A stretch of DNA of 64,000 bases. Origin: Patescibacteria group bacterium. Its GTDB lineage: Bacteria > Patescibacteriota > Microgenomatia > UBA1400 > PJMF01. Under the pieces are notes generated by a model. That model made no database searches. It had not been told where the DNA came from and saw nothing but the letters and a program-made list of their open reading frames with translations. The DNA is taken from assembly GCA_016861205.1 (NCBI GenBank), contig BOKX01000001.1, forward strand, positions 200,539-264,538. The letters are read 5' to 3'. This document shows, in pieces, positions 18,810 through 27,173 of the stretch (position 1 is the stretch's first letter; every line of letters starts with the position of its first letter). A program made the position numbers and the translations under genes.

Positions 18810-19415
18810 CTACCGCTTGAATGCAACTGTCACCTGGCGTCCCAGTTCCGCCACTTCCCAACCGGCTGCAGCCCAGACCGCTTGATTTAGTGGTGGCGCG
18901 GGGGCAATAACCACAAGAGCTGGTTGTGAAGTCACTTTCGCGAGTAGCGGGGCTAGCGTATCGACTTTCAAGATCTCAGGTCGTTGAGGATCAGCTGGGT
19001 CCATCAATAAATACTCCACGCCCAGAAGTGTAACCAATCTGAAGCGATGTCTCATCTCAGGTTGCTGGGCGTGTTCAGCTAAGTAAGCAAAGACTGGGGC
19101 CTGGATGGTCTCCAGTTCTGGATGGGCAGCACTGAATGTTGGGTTGATCTGTTTATCAAGAAAAACATGCTGTGATTGTGGGCTGAGGCGATTTGCCCAG
19201 TCCTGTTCAGCTACGCCATCACCACAACATAAAGCCAGATAGTCGCCCGGTTGCTCAAAGAGTGTTTCGAGATGGTGAGTAGTCAAAAATTCAGCTACCT
19301 CTTGCCATCGCTCTGCCTGGGCAGAGCTGCTGACCTGGCGACGCTTGTCAAAATTAGGAAAGACAGTCTCATCAAGGGTGGAACGTGAAGATAGTTTGGA
19401 ATGCACTTCAACCAT
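18810..19415 (-). CDS. hypothetical protein
   Basis: 232-codon open frame. The first ATG is at 19415; the track start is TTG. It lies only 25 nt from the divergent start of the next gene, so the start is uncertain. Confidence 0.35.
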   Translation of the reverse strand: MVEVHSKLSSRSTLDETVFPNFDKRRQVSSSAQAERWQEVAEFLTTHHLETLFEQPGDYLALCCGDGVAEQDWANRLSPQSQHVFLDKQINPTFSAAHPELETIQAPVFAYLAEHAQQPEMRHRFRLVTLLGVEYLLMDPADPQRPEILKVDTLAPLLAKVTSQPALVVIAPAPPLNQAVWAAAGWEVAELGRQVTVAFKR

Positions 19416-19440
19416 AGACCTATGGTACACTGAAAAGCAT

Positions 19441-21429
19441 ATGCGTGGATCGAGACTTTTTGTATCAAGTGTTCTGGCGTTGGTGATGGTCGCCCTAACT
19501 ACTGTCAAAGCTCAGGCAGCCAGCTACTATGTGGACTCGAGTGCTGGTAATGACAGCAATAGCTGTCAGCAAGCCCAAAACCAAGCCACGCCCCGCCGAA
19601 CTGTGAACGGAGTTAACGGTTGTGGTCTCACGGCCGGTGATACGGTTTATTTCAGAGGCACTTTTGATCAAACACTGACACCAAACGCTAGCGGCCAAGT
19701 TTTATTGGCCACCACCAACATCGCTCGGGTAAGTGGCTCAGTAGTTGAGTTCAACTCTGCCCCACCTGCTACCTCAGCTACCAGCGACTTTGTGTATGTG
19801 TATGGCAGTCGCAAAGGTAACAGCGGCGCATTTAAGGTGATCTCGAGTAGCGGCAATCAGGTCACTGTGGATACCAGCAATTTACCAGGTGGAGCATTTG
19901 TGACAGAGACGGCCACCGAGCCAGGCGATTTGCAAGCCGCTGTGGTGCGGCCGCTTCACTTCACTGCCTGGGACAAAAATAACCCGCCAACCTGGAATCT
20001 CAATTCAGCCATGTACTACGGTTTTAATCGACCAGCTGTCATGTTGAGTTACTTGCGGTCAATGTCCGGAGCGAACAATGAGGTCTGGGGAGCAGTCTAT
20101 CTCGACGGTGGTAACAGCGGCAGCAACGACTACTTTGTGATGGATCACGTTGAGATTCAGAACGCTGCGACAGCCGTCGGTTTGTCTAACAACGATTTCC
20201 AAGCCAACTACGGTATTTTGCAACACAACCACTTCCACAATGTCGGTTACAACGGTGGTGTTTCGGACGAAATTATTTATTGGGGTAACTTTTTGCAAAA
20301 CCAAAAACACCATGATTTTGTTCAGATGATGTACAACCGTATTGGGCCCCAAAAGCGCTTCAATGTGAGTAACACTTCTGGAGCTCAAGCTGTCGGTGAT
20401 GGTATCGAGATCAAAGCCAGCTCGCACAATCCGACTGTGTGGGGCAACATTATCACCGGTATTCACCTCACAACTGGGTGTGATGACTCACCCATCAGAT
20501 CAGCTGGTTCAAATGGCTTCATCGCCAATAACTACATCAGTGACGTGTATCCCCAGCCAGAAAACATTCCTGGTTGTGGTATCTCGATTGTCGAAGGCGC
20601 AGCCGGCGCCCAAGGTACCATTGTTGCTAACAATGTGATCGCCAATGTCAAAAGTGTTGGTATCCGAGTTTTTAACACCAGTAACGTTCAGATCTTGAAT
20701 AACACGATTTACAACATTCGTTCTATTCAAGGTTGCTGTGCAGAGGAATCAGCCGGTATTCAAGTTCATACCTATGGTGCAGCAGCCACGAATGTGGTGG
20801 TGCGCAACAACATTGTCCACACGGCACCAGTGGGCATTGGTCGTTATCCTTGGGACTTGAATGGCTCGTTTAGCATGAGTTTGGGCAACAACATTGTGTT
20901 TAATGCTGGTACGCCTTGGGGTGTTGGTGCTACCCAAACCAGTACCGATCGGGTAGCTGATCCTGGCTTGGTCAATCCAGCCGGTGGTAACTTCAGCTTG
21001 AGCGCCAACTCAACTGCCATCGGCGCTGGAGCCGATTTATCAAGTGTCTTCACTGTTGATAATCACAATGCTGCCAACCCAACTCAACAAACAGCTGTGC
21101 CCGTGACTCGTAGTGGTAGTTGGGAGATTGGTGCATATGATGCAGGCGGCACAGGTGGAGGTGTTACTCCAGTTCCGTCACCTTCAGTAGTGCCAGTGAC
21201 ACCTACACCCTCACCAAGTGTGCAGCCAACTCCCAGTCCCAGCGCTGAGTGTCTGGCAGCTGACTTGAATCGTGACGGGGTGGTGAATACGGCTGACAGA
21301 ACCTTACTAATAGCGGACTTTTTCAAGCGTTTGCCAAGCCTAGCAGCAGCCGATATTAACGCAGATGGTATTGTGGATGTGACCGACTATGGACTGTTAG
21401 TGCGCGTTTTTGGGCAAAGCTGTCAGTAG
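19441..21429 (+). CDS. secreted right-handed beta-helix (pectin-lyase-fold) protein with Pro/Thr/Ser linker and C-terminal dockerin
   Basis: Signal peptide MRGSRLFVSSVLALVMVALTTVKAQA. Repetitive N-x-x-(I/V) beta-helix rungs. PT-rich linker. Duplicated Ca-binding dockerin segments DLNRDGVVNTADRTLL and DINADGIVDVTDYGLL. Confidence 0.75.
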   Translation: MRGSRLFVSSVLALVMVALTTVKAQAASYYVDSSAGNDSNSCQQAQNQATPRRTVNGVNGCGLTAGDTVYFRGTFDQTLTPNASGQVLLATTNIARVSGSVVEFNSAPPATSATSDFVYVYGSRKGNSGAFKVISSSGNQVTVDTSNLPGGAFVTETATEPGDLQAAVVRPLHFTAWDKNNPPTWNLNSAMYYGFNRPAVMLSYLRSMSGANNEVWGAVYLDGGNSGSNDYFVMDHVEIQNAATAVGLSNNDFQANYGILQHNHFHNVGYNGGVSDEIIYWGNFLQNQKHHDFVQMMYNRIGPQKRFNVSNTSGAQAVGDGIEIKASSHNPTVWGNIITGIHLTTGCDDSPIRSAGSNGFIANNYISDVYPQPENIPGCGISIVEGAAGAQGTIVANNVIANVKSVGIRVFNTSNVQILNNTIYNIRSIQGCCAEESAGIQVHTYGAAATNVVVRNNIVHTAPVGIGRYPWDLNGSFSMSLGNNIVFNAGTPWGVGATQTSTDRVADPGLVNPAGGNFSLSANSTAIGAGADLSSVFTVDNHNAANPTQQTAVPVTRSGSWEIGAYDAGGTGGGVTPVPSPSVVPVTPTPSPSVQPTPSPSAECLAADLNRDGVVNTADRTLLIADFFKRLPSLAAADINADGIVDVTDYGLLVRVFGQSCQ

Positions 21430-21439
21430 GTGCTGAGGT

Positions 21440-22927
21440 ATGACTACACATCGTCTTACTCATCGTTGGTTCGTGTTCTTGGGTATTCTCCTCACGGCAG
21501 TTGCTTTCCGTCTCTACAAAATTACCAGTGAACCACTGGACTGGCATGCCTTCCGGCAAGCTGACACCGCGTCTGTGACGCGTGAGTATGTGAAGCACGG
21601 AATTAATTGGTTGGTACCTCATTATCAAGATTTAGCTAATATTCAATCAGGTCTCGACAATCTCGAGGGCTATCGGATGGTCGAGTTCCCGCTCGTCAAC
21701 GCGCTGGTGGCATGGATCGTGATGAACACGGGCTGGTCGCTGGTGGTTACCAGCCGGATAGTATCGGTCATTTTTTCGCTGGGAACCCTGATCTGTTTGT
21801 ATTTACTGGTGGAAAAGCTATCTGGCAAAACGATAGCTCGTTTAACGGCTCTCGTGTATGCGGTACTGCCGTATGCGGTTTTTTACTCGCGAGCTATTCT
21901 GCCTGAACCAGCCATGCTCTTCTTCTCTACCCTGTCCCTATGGGCATTTCTGAACTGGCTACAGCTCAAAGCAAACGGTCGCTGGCTGTGGTATCTGGTG
22001 AGTTTTATGGCCTTGTTGATCGGTTTGCTGCTCAAGCCAAACGTAGCATTTCTAGTACCAATTTATGCTGGGTTAATCGCGTATCACGAATGGCCACTCA
22101 AAGATCGCTCACTGGGTGGATTGTTGCGGAAAGCCAGTTACTACATGCTAACGGTTGGTGCTGGTATGGTAGTGGCGATGGGAACATTAGTTTGGTGGCG
22201 AAAGTGGATTGAACAGTATCCTTCTGGCATCCCGGCTCTTGACTGGTTGTTTAATGGTAACGGCATTCGTTTCCGACCTGCCTGGTTCCGGTGGCTGGGT
22301 TGGGAGCGATTGACGAAGCTCATCTCTGGCTATTTTGGGGTGCTGGTGTTGCCGTTTAACTTTCTTGATCATCATAAAGATCTTTGGGTCTATAGTACTT
22401 GGTGGCTCGGCATCGCTGTTTACTTGTCTGTAATCGCCACTGGCAACGTTCAACATGACTACTATCAAGTTTTGGCTGTACCCATTATCTGTATCTCGTT
22501 GGCACGTGGCAGCGTAGCACTGTACCACTGGCTAAGAGCTAAAGTTGGCATCAGGCCGGCCTTTGGGTTGGTGGCTGGACTCCTGGTTTTGGGTTGGTGG
22601 TTCGCTTGGCAGGCGGTTAAAGGTTACTACTCGATTAATCATCCCGAGTACATCATGGCGGGACAGGCAGTAGATCGGTTGACACCACCAGACGCATTGG
22701 TTATTGCCCCGGCCTTTGGGGACACCCAATTTTTATTCCAGACCAACCGCCGTGGTTGGCCAATTGGCTTTGAGATCGAAGACAAAATTGCGAAAGGTGC
22801 GCAGTTTTACATCACCACCAGTGATGATGATGAAGCCCGACGTTTGTCCAAGGAATACACGGTGGTTGAGAAAACGGAAACGTATTTGTTAATTGATCTG
22901 CGGCAAAAACAATCTCAGCCCAAATAA
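21440..22927 (+). CDS. GT39/GT83-type (ArnT/PMT-like) lipid-carrier-dependent glycosyltransferase
   Basis: 495 aa polytopic membrane protein with the N-terminal motif region typical of ArnT/PMT (YKITSEPLDWHAFRQADTA...). GAGG right before the ATG. Confidence 0.7.
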   Translation: MTTHRLTHRWFVFLGILLTAVAFRLYKITSEPLDWHAFRQADTASVTREYVKHGINWLVPHYQDLANIQSGLDNLEGYRMVEFPLVNALVAWIVMNTGWSLVVTSRIVSVIFSLGTLICLYLLVEKLSGKTIARLTALVYAVLPYAVFYSRAILPEPAMLFFSTLSLWAFLNWLQLKANGRWLWYLVSFMALLIGLLLKPNVAFLVPIYAGLIAYHEWPLKDRSLGGLLRKASYYMLTVGAGMVVAMGTLVWWRKWIEQYPSGIPALDWLFNGNGIRFRPAWFRWLGWERLTKLISGYFGVLVLPFNFLDHHKDLWVYSTWWLGIAVYLSVIATGNVQHDYYQVLAVPIICISLARGSVALYHWLRAKVGIRPAFGLVAGLLVLGWWFAWQAVKGYYSINHPEYIMAGQAVDRLTPPDALVIAPAFGDTQFLFQTNRRGWPIGFEIEDKIAKGAQFYITTSDDDEARRLSKEYTVVEKTETYLLIDLRQKQSQPK

Positions 22928-22935
22928 CACCCAAG

Positions 22936-23009
22936 TGTGCCCGGCGGGACTCGAACCCACGACCTACTGCTTAGAAGGCAGTTGCTCTATCCAGCTGAGC
23001 TACAGGCAC
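22936..23009 (-). tRNA. tRNA-Arg (anticodon TCT)
   Basis: Acceptor GTGCCTG/CGGGCAC, D-arm TAGCTCAGCTGGATAGAGC, anticodon loop CTTCTAA, T-arm GGTTCGAGTCC. Confidence 0.85.
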
Positions 23010-23119
23010 ATGTTTTACAAACTGACGGTATTATAGTCGATCAAGTCCTACCGTGACAGGTGGTGGTATAATACTCGACATACATACTTATTACACACTT
23101 AATGTGAGATAAGCCGATT

Positions 23120-25096
23120 ATGGCCAGTAAAGCCGAGATCATTTCCTACCTGAAACAAATTACGAATGAACGAAGTCCTCAGGGGCAAAAATCAGCAGAG
23201 CAGTTACTTGACATGCTGTGCCCGCGCGAGTTTAAAGCGGTCGTTGAATTACAGGCACGAGCCTTAGGTAATCAACAATTTCTGGTCAAGAATTTTCCCG
23301 ACACCACCAAGCCTTTACCAGACAGAATCTATGTGCCGGCGGGCGAGGTCGACAGCCAAGATTTTTTGGGTGCATATACTTACTCGATTCTCTTGTACCG
23401 CCTTGGTTTAATGCAGCTCACCCAGCAAGTCCAAAAAGTAGCCGAAAGTTTTGATCCTGGTTTGAGTCGATCAATTAAACAGATTTACATATATTGGTTG
23501 GGTTTATGGGATGATGCTTTTCCGCGGGCTCCACTTTGGGTCAGTGAAACGCAACCCCTCACTGTTCTCCATCCTGAACTACCACCCGAGGTTAAAACAT
23601 TTTTGCAGAAACAAGGTATCCGACCTGAAAGTGACTCGCTCGTTAGTTCTTTATGGCGTCTTACTAATCGAAAAGCAGTTGTCACAGCCAAAAACTTGCC
23701 TGATTTCACAGCTTTTTTTAAGTACTTCTTGCAAGAGACTAACCGACGACCGAATCCTCACCAAGATGAGCGCCAATCGATCGGTTATCCGATGTTGTTA
23801 GCCTATCGTCAACTTGAGAACGCAATTCCCTCTTACGTTCAGGCTGGTATTAGACCGCAAATCGAGCAGTTGGCTGAGTTGCTCGGCAGTTTTCCACGAG
23901 AGTTAGTTCGAAAATTAGCTACTCAAGCTAGTGATCTGATCTGGGACGAGCTTGATGCTTTCAAATTACTTGATCAAGTTTTGACCGATGCCGATAGTTT
24001 GCCAGCCTTTGCTGCTGTCAAAGCACTTGACGAAAGTATACAAGGCAAGCAAAGTGACTTTACGGTTTTTGATCTGTACGCCAACCTGCGACATTTAGTG
24101 AGTGAAACTGATTCTCAAGAATTGTTTGAGTGGTACTCGGCTAACTTAGACCTTATTTATCAAGTACTCCAAGACAAACGAAACTTGTGGATAACAACGG
24201 CAGCCACCTGGAATGAAGTAGCCGGAAACCAGTTCTGGGGCGACTCTGCCCCTGAGCTTAACTGGGAGAAAGTGCGGTCACAGGCGCAGCGAATCCGAGA
24301 ACTCCAAAAACGACAAGTGACGCGCATTATTTTTGGCTCAAAACTGCTCTCTGATGAAAACTTTGGTTTTCAGACTGGTACTATTTTTGCCAGACTCGAT
24401 TTTGACTGGAAACAAGACCGAGCCAATTGTCAGTTGTTCGTCTTCGATGAAGGTGAAGCTGGTGATCAATTAACTGACCGAGCACTGGCGGTGTTAGATT
24501 TTGTTATTGAAATAAAATCCGGACAGGTGACGTGGCGGGTAGTAGATCCTGAGAACGTTTCTCAACGGTCAGCGTACAACATTAGTCAGTTTATTTCGGC
24601 AGGGTTGTCACTTGAGTTGGTTAAGCTAGAGGAAGATGAGTCCAGATTACGTGAGGCAATTCGTTTGTTACTGCAAAGTTTGCCAGAAAATTCTGCTAAT
24701 ACTCGGCCATATCTAGGTCGCAGACGGAAAAAAACGACCGATGCGGAAGAACCAACTACTGAAATTACGCCAACTTCTCGACCAAAGTCTATTGTCGTAG
24801 ATGGTGAGTTGGCCGATTTGATTGTCGGTACTTTTGATCATTCGTTGCCAGTCGAAATTCAGGCCAAGTTGGACCGTTATCATCTCGCTGCTGAACAAGG
24901 CCATAACGTAGCTGATGGAAAACTACTAACTCAGACTAACTACTACGCGCACTTCATGCCACCGAATGGTGGCCGGGTGTGGCAGGTATCACTCAACATC
25001 CGTGGGGCCGAGTACCGAGTTCTTGCGGAAGTTAATCCCAATGATGAGTCACAGGCGATCGCCTACGCGATAGTGCCTCGTAACCAAATGGGCTAA
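23120..25096 (+). CDS. large hypothetical protein with C-terminal RelE/ParE-like domain
   Basis: 658 aa with no recognisable N-terminal domain. A basic linker (GRRRKK...) precedes the last ~90 aa. That C-terminal stretch (MPPNGGRVWQVSLNIRGAEYRVLAEVNPNDESQAIAYAIVPRNQ) aligns in pattern with RelE (MPDCYKIKLRSSGYRLVYQVIDEKVVVFVISVGKRE). TGgTATAAT extended -10 upstream. Confidence 0.55.
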   Translation: MASKAEIISYLKQITNERSPQGQKSAEQLLDMLCPREFKAVVELQARALGNQQFLVKNFPDTTKPLPDRIYVPAGEVDSQDFLGAYTYSILLYRLGLMQLTQQVQKVAESFDPGLSRSIKQIYIYWLGLWDDAFPRAPLWVSETQPLTVLHPELPPEVKTFLQKQGIRPESDSLVSSLWRLTNRKAVVTAKNLPDFTAFFKYFLQETNRRPNPHQDERQSIGYPMLLAYRQLENAIPSYVQAGIRPQIEQLAELLGSFPRELVRKLATQASDLIWDELDAFKLLDQVLTDADSLPAFAAVKALDESIQGKQSDFTVFDLYANLRHLVSETDSQELFEWYSANLDLIYQVLQDKRNLWITTAATWNEVAGNQFWGDSAPELNWEKVRSQAQRIRELQKRQVTRIIFGSKLLSDENFGFQTGTIFARLDFDWKQDRANCQLFVFDEGEAGDQLTDRALAVLDFVIEIKSGQVTWRVVDPENVSQRSAYNISQFISAGLSLELVKLEEDESRLREAIRLLLQSLPENSANTRPYLGRRRKKTTDAEEPTTEITPTSRPKSIVVDGELADLIVGTFDHSLPVEIQAKLDRYHLAAEQGHNVADGKLLTQTNYYAHFMPPNGGRVWQVSLNIRGAEYRVLAEVNPNDESQAIAYAIVPRNQMG

Positions 25097-25106
25097 CTGA
25101 TGATGC

Positions 25107-25574
25107 TTACGCGGGTTTGAGCGAACTCTGATTCACTTGCTCGAGCAATTTGCCTGTGGCTTTTTGCCAGTTTTCGATTTCACTTTTTGAGAGTGGAGCA
25201 AATAGATTATTTTCGAGTTCAAAAATAATTTTGAAAGCTGCTTGAATTAAAGTTTTACCTTGTTCTGTCAGGCTAATCTGATTCGCACGTCGGTTAGCTG
25301 GATTCTCAATCCGATTGATGAGGTGTTTATGCTCAAGGGTTTCAATTAACCGACTAATGGCGGCTTGTGTGAGTTGCAAATGATCGGCCAACTCACGCTG
25401 AGTAATAGATTGACACAGCTCAAGGAAGACTAAGACTTTGAACTGAGCATACGTGACTTGGCACTCATGTTGTAGGACCAGGTCAGCGTGTTTAATTAAG
25501 CGGGCGGCCAGTTGCACTAAACTAGCTGCTTTGAGCTCAAACAGCCGACAGTTATTACTAGGTATTTTTGACAT
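25107..25574 (-). CDS. MarR-family transcriptional regulator
   Basis: Winged-HTH region QRELADHLQLTQAAISRLIETLEHKHLINR...RRANQISLTEQG. Start taken at ATG 25574 (155 aa). The other ATGs at 25592 and 25607 and the TTG at 25634 are alternatives. Confidence 0.7.
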   Translation of the reverse strand: MSKIPSNNCRLFELKAASLVQLAARLIKHADLVLQHECQVTYAQFKVLVFLELCQSITQRELADHLQLTQAAISRLIETLEHKHLINRIENPANRRANQISLTEQGKTLIQAAFKIIFELENNLFAPLSKSEIENWQKATGKLLEQVNQSSLKPA

Positions 25575-25593
25575 CAAAGTGTATTTTAACATA

Positions 25594-25622
25594 TTGACAA
25601 TTAACATGTTAAGTATTATGAT
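25594..25622 (+). promoter_or_regulatory. near-consensus sigma70 promoter TTGACA-N17-TATGAT for the efflux operon, with embedded 12-bp palindrome TTAACATGTTAA (putative MarR operator)
   Basis: TTGACA at 25594-25599 and TATGAT at 25617-25622. The perfect palindrome at 25601-25612 sits in the spacer, between the divergent marR and efflux genes. Confidence 0.5.
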
Positions 25623-25667
25623 GCACTGTCTCAAAAAAGACTATCAAAAAGCATCAATTTACATCTT

Positions 25668-27146
25668 ATGAAACCCACTTTTTCTACCTTACGACGCCCA
25701 AATTTGAAGCCTATGGTTGTTGGTTGGCGGCGGTTGACTGCCCGAGCTACTGCCTTCATTCAAATCCGACCATTTAGTAGTTTTCTCGGTTTACTGGCCG
25801 TGATGGTTGCTCTGGTGGTAATTGGCAACTGGTTGCGAAAGCCGCCAGCGCAGCCGACAGCTGCTGAGCCAGAGCCAAAACCAGTTAGTACGTACACTTT
25901 GGGTGGTAACCCTACCGTTAGTGTGCAAGCTAAGGTCGACAAATCTGGTGTTATCACTGTGGTCGCCCAAACTGCTGGAATTGTGAATAAACTAAATGTG
26001 ACTGAAGGTCAAAGTGTTTACAAAGGTCAGCGTTTAGTGAGTTTAGCCAGCAACTATCAAGGTGCCAACGCTGCCAGTTTAACTCGCCAACTGAGTCAAC
26101 GCAGTTACCAACACACCCTTGATACCTACGACACTCAAAAGGCCCTCATTCAACAACAGCGAGAGCTAGCTGACAAAAATGAAGTTCAAGCCAAAGAACT
26201 CCGCGCCATCGGTCGTGAAGCCGAATCTGACACTCGAACGCTCATTGATTTGAATAACGAAATCGTTTCTTACCTTGATCAGCAACTGGCAAGTTATGAA
26301 GCTTCAAATGTGAATGGCAGTAACGATGCGGTCATCAACGACCTCAAAGGAGCCAAAGCGCAAGTTTTAGGTGGCTTAAGCGGGTTAAAGGCTAGCCTTA
26401 ACGCCAGCGAGTATACCAACAGCGAAGATGAAGAAATTGCTGGTATTACTGGTTTAGTGAGAGCCACTACCCACAAACAACTCGATCTGCAAGAGAAAGC
26501 CCTCGACCTAAGTCGTGATGTGGCATTGCTAAACGTCCGTTTAGCCCAAGTTGGTGAATCATTAATGTACCCTGCTGCACCGAGTGCCGCAGTGGTTGAA
26601 CGAGTTCATGTTAGCGTCGGCCAAGCAGTTAGCCCTGGTATGCCAATCGCTACCCTGACTGCTAAACAAGGCACAGTTAACTTAGAAGCTTTAGTAGCTG
26701 CTCCAATCGCCAAACAAGTTTCGCTTTTAACACCTAGTGTCTTGCTCATCGATGGTCAACAACTGAAAGTGACACCTCGGTATGTGAGTACAGAGCCAAC
26801 GAATGGCAGTCTGTACTCAGTGTTGTTTACACTATCTGATGAGTTGGCTGCTCAAGTCCACGACGGAGAGTTGGTCAGCTTGACACTAACCTTGGGTGCC
26901 CGAGCTAATCAAGATGCCTACATTCCACTTGATGCTGTTTACTACAGCCAAAGTGGGGCTTATGTGTTCATCGCTGATACAGCTCAAACCCCGGCTCGCG
27001 CTAAAGTTCAGAAAGTGACTTTAGGTCATGTGTATGGACCAATGGTCGAAGTTATTGATGGTTTGCCAGCTCAAGTAATGGTGATTTTAGATCGCAATGT
27101 GGTTGATACTGATCCAGTGCAACCAGCCGGTGAAATTGCTCAGTAA
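25668..27146 (+). CDS. efflux membrane fusion protein (HlyD/RND periplasmic adaptor family)
   Basis: N-terminal TM, a long coiled-coil region, and a biotin-lipoyl-like segment (VVAQTAGIVNKLNVTEGQSVYKGQRLVSLAS). Confidence 0.7.
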   Translation: MKPTFSTLRRPNLKPMVVGWRRLTARATAFIQIRPFSSFLGLLAVMVALVVIGNWLRKPPAQPTAAEPEPKPVSTYTLGGNPTVSVQAKVDKSGVITVVAQTAGIVNKLNVTEGQSVYKGQRLVSLASNYQGANAASLTRQLSQRSYQHTLDTYDTQKALIQQQRELADKNEVQAKELRAIGREAESDTRTLIDLNNEIVSYLDQQLASYEASNVNGSNDAVINDLKGAKAQVLGGLSGLKASLNASEYTNSEDEEIAGITGLVRATTHKQLDLQEKALDLSRDVALLNVRLAQVGESLMYPAAPSAAVVERVHVSVGQAVSPGMPIATLTAKQGTVNLEALVAAPIAKQVSLLTPSVLLIDGQQLKVTPRYVSTEPTNGSLYSVLFTLSDELAAQVHDGELVSLTLTLGARANQDAYIPLDAVYYSQSGAYVFIADTAQTPARAKVQKVTLGHVYGPMVEVIDGLPAQVMVILDRNVVDTDPVQPAGEIAQ

Positions 27147-27173
27147 TGAGTGAGAAGTTAGGCAACACACAAC

